From positions 27,335-91,334 of the forward strand of contig DAMCTY010000004.1 of the NCBI GenBank assembly GCA_032112995.1: a stretch of 64,000 nucleotides of DNA, in the 5' to 3' direction. This stretch comes from Stenotrophomonas sp. (GTDB lineage: Bacteria > Pseudomonadota > Gammaproteobacteria > Xanthomonadales > Xanthomonadaceae). Under the pieces are notes generated by a model. It had not been told where the DNA came from and did not search any database. It saw only the letters and a list, made by a program, of their open reading frames with translations. How positions within the stretch are numbered: position 1 is the first letter of the stretch; every line of letters starts with the position of its first letter. Below are positions 1 to 8,822 of this stretch, in pieces. Both the position numbers and the translations under genes were made by a program.

Positions 1-938
1 ATGTCATCGTGGTGATGGACCCCATCGCCCACATCAAGATCGCCAAGGACACCACGTTTGCCATGCTGCTGGAAGCCCAGCGCCGTGGCCACCGCCTGCA
101 CTATGTCCGCCCCGGCGGGCTGTCGCTGCACGGCGGCCAGGCCCAGGCCGAGGCTGCCCCGCTGCAGGTGCGTGACGACAAGGCAGGCTGGTTCAGCCTG
201 GGCGAGTTCGCGCCGCTGGCCTTCGGCCCCGGCCAGATCGTGCTGATGCGCAAGGACCCGCCGTTCGACGGCGAATACCTTTACGACACCCACATCCTCA
301 GCGTCGCCCAACAGGCCGGCGCGACCGTGGTAAACGACCCGCAGGGGCTGCGCGACTTCAATGAAAAACTGGCCGCGCTGCTGTTCCCGCAATGCTGCCC
401 GCCCACCCTGGTCAGCCGCAATGCGGCCGAGCTGAAGGCTTTCGTGCTGGGACATGGGCAGGCCGTGCTCAAGCCGCTGGACGGCATGGGCGGGCGCTCG
501 ATCTTCCGCAGCGGTACCGGCGACCCCAACCTCAACGTCATCCTGGAGACGCTGACCGACGGTGGCCGCCACCTTGCGCTCGCGCAGCGCTTCATCCCGG
601 ACATCAGCGCCGGTGACAAGCGCATCCTGTTGATCGATGGTGTACCGGTGGACTATTGCCTGGCACGCATTCCGCAGGGCGACGAGTTCCGTGGCAACCT
701 GGCTGCCGGCGGCCGCGGCGAAGGCCGCCCGCTGAGCGAGCGCGATCGCTGGATCGCCGCCCAGGTCGGCCCGGAAATGAAGCGCCGTGGCATGCGTTTC
801 GTGGGCCTGGACGTGATTGGCGATTACCTGACCGAGGTCAACGTCACCAGCCCGACCTGCGTACGCGAGCTTGATGCCCAGTACGGCCTCAACATCGCCG
901 GCCAGTTGTTCGATGCGCTCGAGGCTGGCCTGGCCTGA
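1..938 (+). CDS. gshB: glutathione synthetase, 5' end cut by window edge
   Basis: Track ORF 9..938 starts at a GTG, and the frame stays open to nt 3 (..VIVVMDPI). It is colinear with E. coli GshB as I recall it: VMDPI..FAMLLEAQRRG, LMRKDPPFD, LKPLDGMGG, GDKRIL, ARIPQGDEFRGNLAAGG, NVTSPTC. The stop TGA at 936-938 overlaps the next ATG (TGATG). Confidence 0.93.
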   Translation, partial: VIVVMDPIAHIKIAKDTTFAMLLEAQRRGHRLHYVRPGGLSLHGGQAQAEAAPLQVRDDKAGWFSLGEFAPLAFGPGQIVLMRKDPPFDGEYLYDTHILSVAQQAGATVVNDPQGLRDFNEKLAALLFPQCCPPTLVSRNAAELKAFVLGHGQAVLKPLDGMGGRSIFRSGTGDPNLNVILETLTDGGRHLALAQRFIPDISAGDKRILLIDGVPVDYCLARIPQGDEFRGNLAAGGRGEGRPLSERDRWIAAQVGPEMKRRGMRFVGLDVIGDYLTEVNVTSPTCVRELDAQYGLNIAGQLFDALEAGLA

Positions 939-1828
939 TGTACTCCCAGCCTGACGTCCTGCCGGCCGCCCCCCGGGTCACCGAGCAACAACGCCTGACC
1001 GCCACCTTGGTGTTGTCGGTGCTGGTGCATGGGCTGCTGATCCTGGGGGTGGGTTTTGCGGTCAGCGGCAACGCCCCGCTGGTGCCGACCCTGGATGTGA
1101 TCTTCAGCCAGACCAGTACGCCACTGACACCCAAGCAGGCCGATTTCCTGGCCCAGGCCAACCAGCAGGGCGGCGGTGACCATGACAAGGCCCAGCGGCC
1201 GCGCGATGCGCAGTCCGGCATCGTGCCGCAGGCCCAGGACGGGCTGGCTCCGATCCCGCTGCAGGCCCAGACCGCCGCCACACCGCCACCGCCACAGGCA
1301 CGGGTGATCACCAGCAGCACGGCCAAGGACGTGGTTGCCAACGCGCAATCGCAGCCTCTGCCCGAGCGACCCGATGCCGATGCACCGATGACCGCGCGCG
1401 AACAGCGCGATGCCGAAATGGCCCGGCTGGCGGCCGAGGTGCACCTGCGCTCGGAACAGTACGCCAAGCGCCCCAACCGCAAGTTCGTGTCAGCCAGCAC
1501 CCGCGAATACGCCTACGCCAACTACCTGCGCGCCTGGGTGGACCGGGCCGAGCGCGTGGGCAACCTCAACTATCCCGACGAAGCCCGCCAGCGCCGGCTC
1601 GCAGGCCAGGTGGTGATCACCGTCGGCGTGCGCCGCGATGGAACCGTGGAGAGCAGCCGCATCCTGCGCAGCAGCGGCGTACCCCTGCTTGATGCCACCG
1701 CGCTGCGGGTGATCGAACTGGCGCAGCCCTTCCCGGCCCTGCCCAGGACCGAGGACAACATCGACATCCTGCAGGTCACCCGTACCTGGGTCTTCCTGCC
1801 CGGCGGGCAGCTGCACGACGATCGCTGA
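938..1828 (+). CDS. TonB-family energy-transducer-like protein
   Basis: N-terminal hydrophobic anchor (LTATLVLSVLVHGLLILGVGFAV) followed by a Pro/Gln/Ala-rich spacer. The C-terminal block is TonB-C-like (NYPDEARQRRLAGQVVITVGVRRDGTVESSRILRSSGVPLLDATALRVIE). The ATG is coupled to the gshB stop. Confidence 0.8.
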   Translation: MYSQPDVLPAAPRVTEQQRLTATLVLSVLVHGLLILGVGFAVSGNAPLVPTLDVIFSQTSTPLTPKQADFLAQANQQGGGDHDKAQRPRDAQSGIVPQAQDGLAPIPLQAQTAATPPPPQARVITSSTAKDVVANAQSQPLPERPDADAPMTAREQRDAEMARLAAEVHLRSEQYAKRPNRKFVSASTREYAYANYLRAWVDRAERVGNLNYPDEARQRRLAGQVVITVGVRRDGTVESSRILRSSGVPLLDATALRVIELAQPFPALPRTEDNIDILQVTRTWVFLPGGQLHDDR

Positions 1829-1896
1829 GCAACCAGTCCTCCTGAAACAAGCCGTATGGCGGCCATGCCGAAAGACGCGTGCAGCTGCAACGTCAT

Positions 1897-2817
1897 TCAG
1901 GCGCTGAGTGCGGCCTGCAGCAGATCATCGGCGACGGCCAGCAGCATCGGGGCGTCATGCAAGGTTTGCCGCCACCCCGCCGGAATGCCCTCCAGTCCGT
2001 AATAGGCACCGGCCAACTGGCCGCAGATGGCTGCCGTGGTATCGGCGTCATCACCGAGATTGGCGGCCTTGAGCACAGCGCTGGCGTAATCGTCGGTGGT
2101 GGCAAAGCACCAGAGTGCAGCCGACAACGCGTCCACCACATAGCCGCTGCCACGGATTGCAGCCGCGTCCACAGCCACATGATCGCGCAGTGCGAGCGCT
2201 GCAATCGCCGGTGCACCCGGCGTTGCCCCATGCCCCAGCAGGATGGCCTGCTTGTCGTGACCCGCCAGCGCCATGCGCAACTGCGCGGCAAACAGCACGC
2301 AGGCATCCACCGCTTCGGTCGCGGCATGCGTTATGCGGGAGCTGTCAGCGGCCATCGTGGCCACCACCGCCAGGGGGCTGTGCGCGTAGTACATCGCCAC
2401 CGGGGCAAGACGCATCAACGAGCCATTGCCCGCACTGCTTTCTGCCTGGCTGCCGCTGAACGGATCACCGCTGCGCAGATAGGCTTCCAGCGCTTGGCTG
2501 ACGGTGCCACCGATATCGAAACATTCGCCGGTACTGCTCATGTAACCGTGCCGGTACCAGTTGCAATAGCGGTTCATCTGATCGACCGCATCGAAGCCCC
2601 GGCAGTGCAGCAGGCTGTGCGCAAGGCACAGTGCCATCGAGGTGTCGTCGGTCCACTGCCCTGGCTCCAGGCCGAACGGGCCACCACCAATCATGTCGGT
2701 GAGCGGCGCGAAACTTCCCGGGGCGCGGAACTCCAGGGTGGTCCCAAGCGCGTCGCCAACCGCCAAACCCAGCAGGCAGCCACGGAAACGGGACCGTGCG
2801 GGCGCGCGCGCGATCAC
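1897..2817 (-). CDS. ADP-ribosylglycohydrolase family protein
   Basis: FRGCLLGLAVGDALG and QWTDDTSMALCLA motifs are typical of the DraG/ARH fold. The GTG start at 2817 overlaps the tsaB stop (GTGA). The opposite-strand ORF 1879..2880 is Arg/Gln-rich shadow. Confidence 0.85.
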   Translation of the reverse strand: MIARAPARSRFRGCLLGLAVGDALGTTLEFRAPGSFAPLTDMIGGGPFGLEPGQWTDDTSMALCLAHSLLHCRGFDAVDQMNRYCNWYRHGYMSSTGECFDIGGTVSQALEAYLRSGDPFSGSQAESSAGNGSLMRLAPVAMYYAHSPLAVVATMAADSSRITHAATEAVDACVLFAAQLRMALAGHDKQAILLGHGATPGAPAIAALALRDHVAVDAAAIRGSGYVVDALSAALWCFATTDDYASAVLKAANLGDDADTTAAICGQLAGAYYGLEGIPAGWRQTLHDAPMLLAVADDLLQAALSA

Positions 2818-3521
2818 CCCTTGGAGGCGCGCAGCGCCTGCTGCTCGACCAGGGTCAAGGCGACGTTGTCACGCAGGTAGGCCGGCTGCACCAATTCCGG
2901 CGCGATGCCCTCGCCGCGCGCCATCGCCGGCACCGCGAGCCTGAGCACGTCCGAAGCGCGCGGCAGCGCCTGAGCATCAACGCTGTGCAATCGCGACTGC
3001 AGGCGACTGGCAAGCACGCCTTCGCCCGCACCAAAGCCGGTGCCCACACCGGCCCAGGCACGGCCGTCATCAGGCAGTGCATAGGCATCCGGGGCAATCA
3101 GCAGTTCGCGGTCCTGCAGCTGCAGGCTGCCATCGGCATCACGCAGGTAACGCGCGGCATAGATCTCGCCCATGCGCGCATCGATGCTGGCCAGCACGCA
3201 GGGCGCATCCTGCGGCGCACGCAGCGCCAGGGTCTGCAGGGTCGAGACCGGCAGCAACGGCTTGTCCAGCGCCAGGGCAATGCCCTGGGCAATGGCAATG
3301 GCCAGCCGCACGCCGGTGAAGGCCCCGGGGCCACGCCCCAGGGCAATGCCATCGAGCTGGCTGCGGCTGATGCCTGCTTCGGCGAGCAGTTGCTCGGCCC
3401 ACGGCAGACTCAATTCGGCATGCCTGCGCGGCGCCACCTCAAACCGCTCCAACACCTGCCCATCCACATACAGGGCAACGGAACAGGCTTCGGTGGCGGT
3501 TTCAAAGGCAAGCAGCTTCAT
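2814..3521 (-). CDS. tsaB: tRNA t6A37 biosynthesis protein TsaB (YeaZ)
   Basis: Track ORF 2814..3728 trimmed to the ATG at 3521 (its M70). MKLLAFETATEACSVAL and GPGAFTGVRLAIAIAQGIAL are TsaB hallmarks. The discarded 69 codons are Arg/Pro-rich and overlap the helicase 3' end. Confidence 0.9.
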   Translation of the reverse strand: MKLLAFETATEACSVALYVDGQVLERFEVAPRRHAELSLPWAEQLLAEAGISRSQLDGIALGRGPGAFTGVRLAIAIAQGIALALDKPLLPVSTLQTLALRAPQDAPCVLASIDARMGEIYAARYLRDADGSLQLQDRELLIAPDAYALPDDGRAWAGVGTGFGAGEGVLASRLQSRLHSVDAQALPRASDVLRLAVPAMARGEGIAPELVQPAYLRDNVALTLVEQQALRASKG

Positions 3522-3529
3522 GGCAACAA

Positions 3530-5638
3530 TCACGACAGGGAAAAGGGAGGGGCAGCAGGGGCCGGGGCTTCCGGCACCAGTTCGGCATCGGCCGGCGGCC
3601 CATGCTCCGGCGCCCATTGTCGCGCAAAGAAGGCCTGCACATCGGCCAACTCGCGGGTGCGCCGGAACGGCGGCAGGGAATCGAGGAACACGCGTCCGTA
3701 GCCGCGTGAAAGCAGGCGGGGGTCGCACAGCACCAGCACGCCGCGATCGCTTTCGCTGCGGATCAGCCGGCCGACGCCCTGCTTGAGCGCGATCACCGCC
3801 TGTGGCAACTGCTCATCACGGAATGGATTGCCGCCCTCGCGGCGGATCGCTTCCAGCCGGGCCTCGAACACCGGATCGTCGGGCGCGGCAAAGGGCAACT
3901 TGTCGATCACCACCACGCTGAGCGCATCGCCAGCGACATCCACGCCTTCACGGAAACTGGCCGAACCCAGCAGCACGCCGTTGCCGGATTCGCGGAAGCG
4001 CTGCAGCAGACTGGCGCGCGGCGCTTCACCCTGCACGAACAACGGCCAGGGCCCACCGCGCAGTGCCTCGGCGGCCTCACGCAGCGCGCGGTGCGAGGCA
4101 AACAGCAGGAACGCCCTGCCCTGCGACGCCTCCAGCACCGGCCACAAGCTGGCGATCAGCGCCGCCCCGAAGCCACGTGCCGCCGGATCCGGCAACTGCT
4201 GTGGCAGGTAGCACAGCGCCTGCTGCTGCCAGTCGAAGGGGCTGGGTTGCAGCAGGGTATCCGGGTCGTCCAGCCCCAGGCGCGTGGCCAAGTGGCCGAA
4301 ATCCCCATTGACGGTCAGCGTCGCCGAGGTGAACACCCAGGCCGCCATCGAACGTTGGCGATGCTCACGCAGCGGGCCGGATACATCCATCGGCGTGCGC
4401 TGGCAGCGGAACCCGCGCGGGGTCAGCTCATACCAGAGCACATCATTGCCAGGCGCGGCCTGCGGGAACAGCGAATCAGCCTCGGCAGCCGCCAGTTCGG
4501 GCGTGGCAACGTCCGTCGGCGCGGGGTCGACGTCCCATTCGCCCACCGCCGCGACGCTGTCGCCGTCCAGCCAACGCGACAGCCGTGACACCCCTTCCAA
4601 GGCACGGGCATGGCAGGCATCCAGTCCTGGCGAGGCCTCACGCAGCAGCGCCAGTACATCGCGCAACTGCGCGAGCGCTGCCGCCACGTCGTCAAAACCG
4701 TCGGCCACGGCAGGGTCCGCCAGCGCCCGCCAACGGGTGCCGCGTGCGGGCAGCTTTTCCATTGCCTCACGCAGCGCGCGCAGCGCCAGCTCCAGCGTCG
4801 CCACCGGTTGCTGCAGGCTGGCCTGTGCGCCCGCCACACTGCGGCACTCGGCCAGGCAGTCGCGCGCCAATTCCTGCCATGGGCGCATGCCGAAGCCCTC
4901 GCCGAAAAAATTGGCCGCCAGCTCCGGCAGCTGGTGCGCTTCGTCGATGACGAAGGCCTGCGCCCCCGGCAGGATTTCACCGAAGCCTTCCTGCTTGAGC
5001 GCCAGATCAGCCAGCAGCAGATGGTGGTTGACCACCACCAGGTCGGCTTCCTGTGCGCGCTGACGGGCGCGTACCACGAAGCAGTCGCTCCAGAACGGAC
5101 ATTCCGTGCCCAGGCAGTTGTCCATGGTCGAGGTGACCATGGGCAGCAACGGCGAATCGTCGGCCAGGCCTTCCAACTCGGCGACGTCGCCGTATTGGGT
5201 GCGCCCGGACCAGGCCACGATGCGCTGGAACTGCGCCACCTGTTCGGGGCTGCTGAAACGTGGCTCGCCGCGCGCCTGGTCCAGGCGGTAACGGCACAGG
5301 TAGTTGGCACGCCCCTTCAGCAGCGCGGCACGATGGCCGACGCCCAGCGCCGCGCGCACCCGTGGCAGGTCGCGATGGTAGAGCTGGTCCTGCAGGGCGC
5401 GGGTACCGGTGGAAACAATGGTCTTGAGCCCCGACAGCAGCGCCGGCACCAGGTAGGCGTAGGTTTTGCCGGTGCCGGTACCGGCCTCGGCCAGCAACAC
5501 GTCGCGCTGCTGGAAGGTATCGGCGATGGCCGCGGTCAGCCGCAGCTGCGCCGGCCGCGGCACGAACGCATCCAGCTGGCGCGCAAGCGCACCGCCTTCA
5601 TTCAATGCTTCACGGCTGGCGGTGGCTAACGAGGACAT
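3530..5638 (-). CDS. yoaA: ATP-dependent DNA helicase, YoaA/DinG (Rad3-like, Fe-S) family
   Basis: Walker A AEAGTGTGKTYAYLVPAL and DEAH box (VIDEAHQLPE). Four-Cys cluster region (NYLC...DNCLGTECPFWSDCFVV). The C-terminal KQGVGRLIRSESDRGVLVLCD is colinear with E. coli YoaA as I recall it. ATG at 5638. Confidence 0.85.
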   Translation of the reverse strand: MSSLATASREALNEGGALARQLDAFVPRPAQLRLTAAIADTFQQRDVLLAEAGTGTGKTYAYLVPALLSGLKTIVSTGTRALQDQLYHRDLPRVRAALGVGHRAALLKGRANYLCRYRLDQARGEPRFSSPEQVAQFQRIVAWSGRTQYGDVAELEGLADDSPLLPMVTSTMDNCLGTECPFWSDCFVVRARQRAQEADLVVVNHHLLLADLALKQEGFGEILPGAQAFVIDEAHQLPELAANFFGEGFGMRPWQELARDCLAECRSVAGAQASLQQPVATLELALRALREAMEKLPARGTRWRALADPAVADGFDDVAAALAQLRDVLALLREASPGLDACHARALEGVSRLSRWLDGDSVAAVGEWDVDPAPTDVATPELAAAEADSLFPQAAPGNDVLWYELTPRGFRCQRTPMDVSGPLREHRQRSMAAWVFTSATLTVNGDFGHLATRLGLDDPDTLLQPSPFDWQQQALCYLPQQLPDPAARGFGAALIASLWPVLEASQGRAFLLFASHRALREAAEALRGGPWPLFVQGEAPRASLLQRFRESGNGVLLGSASFREGVDVAGDALSVVVIDKLPFAAPDDPVFEARLEAIRREGGNPFRDEQLPQAVIALKQGVGRLIRSESDRGVLVLCDPRLLSRGYGRVFLDSLPPFRRTRELADVQAFFARQWAPEHGPPADAELVPEAPAPAAPPFSLS

Positions 5639-5769
5639 GGTTGCGGCGCGGTGATTGAGGGATCAGGAGTGGGGATTGGCGTGCAACCCCGCCCGGCGGC
5701 TGTGGGCAGCACTGTGCTGAATCGCCGCGGCTGTCACTTGCCGCTGCGCAGTCGCGACGCCCTGCCAGA

Positions 5770-6312
5770 TCAGTAGCGCTTGATGCCCGGCACGGTGCAG
5801 CCTTCGATCTGCGCATGTGCCGAGACCGCATTTTCCTTCTCGGCCCGCGCCAGACGCGACTGCTCGATGGTGGCCCAATGTCGGCGGCACAGCGGGCCGG
5901 TGCGCGAGCCCAGATCCAGCGCCTTCCTGGCAAGGGTCTCGGCACGTGCCCAATCGGCCTGCAACAAGGCGATCTCGGCACGCTCCTGCAGGATGCCCGG
6001 GTCGTTCTCCACCTGCAGCAAGGCTTCGTTCAAGGCCTCGGCCGCGCCGGCCAGGTCACCGGCCCTGCGCTTGGCGATGGCGGATTCACGCAGATCCTCG
6101 ACCTGCGGGTCGCGCAAGGGCTGCACCGTCAGCTCGGTGTCATCGACACCGGCAATCTGCTCCACCGCGGTCATGCGCTGCGCCGGGGTGGTGCTGTCCA
6201 CCGCTACCGGCGGTGCGGTCGGCGGTGCGCTGACGCAGGCACTGAGCAACAGGGAGGCCGCAGTGGCGGCCAATGCATAACGGATCGGGGACATGGCTTT
6301 CATGTGCTGCAT
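5770..6312 (-). CDS. TPR-like lipoprotein (hypothetical)
   Basis: Track ORF 5770..6453 trimmed to the ATG at 6312, which overlaps the mrcB stop (TAATG). Signal peptide with lipobox (MQHMKAMSPIRYALAATAASLLLSAC). The remainder is helical-repeat-like. ATGs at 6303 and 6294 are also possible starts. Confidence 0.6.
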   Translation of the reverse strand: MQHMKAMSPIRYALAATAASLLLSACVSAPPTAPPVAVDSTTPAQRMTAVEQIAGVDDTELTVQPLRDPQVEDLRESAIAKRRAGDLAGAAEALNEALLQVENDPGILQERAEIALLQADWARAETLARKALDLGSRTGPLCRRHWATIEQSRLARAEKENAVSAHAQIEGCTVPGIKRY

Positions 6313-8732
6313 TATCGCGCGGGGGTGTCTGAAGCGGGCGTTGACGCTGCGTCGTCGGGCTTGCGATCCAGCCCGAACCAACTGCGCCAGCCGCCGCCTT
6401 GCTGCTGCGCGCCCTCGCCTTCCACCGGTGCCGGCTCGGCCGGCGTGCTGCACGGCACGTATTGCGGCGCAAAGCCGACAACAAACGGAAAACGCCGCGC
6501 CCCCGGGCAGCCTTCATCGGTGGCATTGCTGCCGGCCGCTTCCACGTACTGCCAGTCCAGGCCCTTGTTGTTCACATGCAGCGCCTTGCTGGGCAGGTTG
6601 CGGAAGATGCCCGACCACACCCGCATCGCACCGGAGGCGCCATACAGACCGGTCTGCTCGTTCTGGTCGTTGCCCATCCAGATCACCGCCAGGTGGTCGC
6701 CGGTATAGCCGGCGTACCAGCTGTCGCGGCCGTCGTTGGAGGTACCGGTCTTGCCGGCCGCCTGCAGACGCGACAGGCCGTCGGCGTTGAGCCCGGCGGC
6801 GGTGCCGCTGGACACCACCTGCTGCAGACCCACACTGATCAGGTTGGCAGCGATGGAATCACCTTCCTGCGCCGGTGCCGGGCTCTTGTCGTAGCGCTTG
6901 AGCAACTTGCCCTGTGCATCCACCACACCACGCACGGCATGCAACGGCTGGATCTCACCGCCCGACGCCAGGAACTGGTAAAGCTGGGCCATGCCATACG
7001 GGCTCTGGTCGGTGGAACCCAGGATCACAGAGGGATTGGATTCTGCCTTCAGCCCGGCCAGCACGTGCATCAACTGGGTCAACCGCTCCGGCCCGACCTG
7101 CATGCCCACCCGCACCGTGGCCTGGTTGTAGGAACGCGCCAGCGCATCGATCAGACGCACGGTGCCATGGCTGCGGCGGTCAGCGTTGTCCGGGGTCCAG
7201 TTGCGGCCACGGCTGAGCTTGACCGTCACCGGCGAATCATCCACCCAGCTGGCCAGCGAGAAACGGTCAGGCTGTGCCAGCGCCAGCAGGTAGACGAAGG
7301 GCTTGAGCAGCGAGCCCACCGGCCGCTGGGCCTCGATCGCCCGGTTGAAGCCCGGCTCGGCCACGTCGACGCTGCCCACCACGGCCAGCACGTCGCCGTT
7401 GTGCACGTCGGTGACCACCAGCCCGGTCTGCAGCTCGGGGCGGCGCTTGTTTTGCAGCGCCTTGATGGTGTGCGCCACCGCGCCCTCGGCATAAGCCTGC
7501 GCCGAGGGTGACATGCCGGTGAAAACGTTCAGGCCGGCGCCCTGCAGCACGCTTTCCGGGTAGTCGTGGCCAAGCTGGCGCCGCACCAGGTCCACATAGG
7601 CCGGGAAGCGGTTGGCCGCGGCAATGCCCGGCGTCTTGGACACACCCAGCGGCGCGGTCAATGCGCGCTGGTACTCTGCATCATCGATCAGCTTGTTCTC
7701 ATGCAGCTTGCCGAGCACGAAATTGCGCCGGTCCAGCGCACGCTCGGGATTGCGCCGCGGGTCGTAGTAGGACGGCCCCTTGACCATGCCGATCAGCAGC
7801 GCCACCTGTTCGCTGGTCAGCGCATTGAGGTCACGGCCAAACCAGAATTCGGCACCGGAGGACACGCCATGGATCGCCTGCTTGCCGCGCTGGCCCAGGT
7901 AAACCTGGTTCAGGTAGGCCTCGAGGATGGTGGATTTGTCGTAGCGCGCCTCCATGATCAGCGCGTACAGCACCTCGTTGAACTTGCGGGTGATCGTCTG
8001 TTCCTTGCCGATACCGAGCAGGCCGCTGCGGGCCAGCTGCTGGGTCAAGGTACTGGCGCCCTGCCGGGTTTCACCACCGGAGCGCAGGGTCACCCACACC
8101 GCGCGGACGATGCCACTGAGGTCGATGCCGTGGTGGCGGGCGAAATCCTTGTCCTCCACCGCCTGCAGGCCGGTAACCAGCAGTTCCGGCGTTTCGCTGA
8201 TACGTACCAGCCGGCGCTCTTCCTGCTTCTGTCCGTACAAGGTGGCGATGCGGGCCGGATCCAGGCGTGCGACCTTCAGGCCCTTGCGGTCGGCGCTGTC
8301 ACGCAGCGAGGCCACCTGCCCGCCTGATACCACCACTTCCACCCGGCGCGGTGCCACGCGCCCGTCGACATCGACGTAACCGCGGCTGGCGATATGGAAC
8401 GTGGCGCCCTGCAGCCGATACGTGCCGGGGCTGCTGCCGGTACCGTCGTCGCGATAACCGGACGCTGCCAGTTCGGTCTTGAGGGTGGTGGCGTTCATCG
8501 CCACACCCGGGCTGAGCACCAGCGGACGGGCATAGACCCGGGTCGGGATCTGCCAGCGCAGTTCGCCAAAACGCTGGGTCACCTGACTGTTCAGGTACAA
8601 CGTATAAGGGATCAGGAAGCCCAGCCCCAGTGCGACGGCGGCCATGCCCCAGGTGATGAGGCGATTGCGCCAAGGCGAGGTACTGCCGTCGGTATCGTCG
8701 TCGAATTCGTCGGAATCGTAGCGTCGGGGCAC
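6312..8732 (-). CDS. mrcB: penicillin-binding protein 1B (bifunctional glycosyltransferase/transpeptidase)
   Basis: Acidic cytoplasmic tail plus TM (ITWGMAAVALGLGFLIPYTL). GT51 motifs (EDKDFARHHGID, RKFNE). Transpeptidase SxxK (SLLKP), SxN (SYN) and KTG (KTGTS). The start is GTG at 8732, with no in-frame ATG before the TM. Confidence 0.92.
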   Translation of the reverse strand: MPRRYDSDEFDDDTDGSTSPWRNRLITWGMAAVALGLGFLIPYTLYLNSQVTQRFGELRWQIPTRVYARPLVLSPGVAMNATTLKTELAASGYRDDGTGSSPGTYRLQGATFHIASRGYVDVDGRVAPRRVEVVVSGGQVASLRDSADRKGLKVARLDPARIATLYGQKQEERRLVRISETPELLVTGLQAVEDKDFARHHGIDLSGIVRAVWVTLRSGGETRQGASTLTQQLARSGLLGIGKEQTITRKFNEVLYALIMEARYDKSTILEAYLNQVYLGQRGKQAIHGVSSGAEFWFGRDLNALTSEQVALLIGMVKGPSYYDPRRNPERALDRRNFVLGKLHENKLIDDAEYQRALTAPLGVSKTPGIAAANRFPAYVDLVRRQLGHDYPESVLQGAGLNVFTGMSPSAQAYAEGAVAHTIKALQNKRRPELQTGLVVTDVHNGDVLAVVGSVDVAEPGFNRAIEAQRPVGSLLKPFVYLLALAQPDRFSLASWVDDSPVTVKLSRGRNWTPDNADRRSHGTVRLIDALARSYNQATVRVGMQVGPERLTQLMHVLAGLKAESNPSVILGSTDQSPYGMAQLYQFLASGGEIQPLHAVRGVVDAQGKLLKRYDKSPAPAQEGDSIAANLISVGLQQVVSSGTAAGLNADGLSRLQAAGKTGTSNDGRDSWYAGYTGDHLAVIWMGNDQNEQTGLYGASGAMRVWSGIFRNLPSKALHVNNKGLDWQYVEAAGSNATDEGCPGARRFPFVVGFAPQYVPCSTPAEPAPVEGEGAQQQGGGWRSWFGLDRKPDDAASTPASDTPAR

Positions 8733-8822
8733 GGGGATGCGAGAATGTGAAGTGGGACGAGTCTAACGCAGCCGCCGCGCGGCGGGCGTTTGGCCGCCCG
8801 CCCCTGCTTAAGCTGGAGTTCC

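Noticed and set aside
5639-5769. SOS (LexA) box upstream of the yoaA/dinG-type helicase, and the 13-bp palindrome CAGCAC-t-GTGCTG at 5707-5719.
   Set aside because: I found no match to the E. coli CTGT-N8-ACAG box or to the Xanthomonas-type TTAG...TACTA box. The palindrome is short and GC-rich and has no known cognate.
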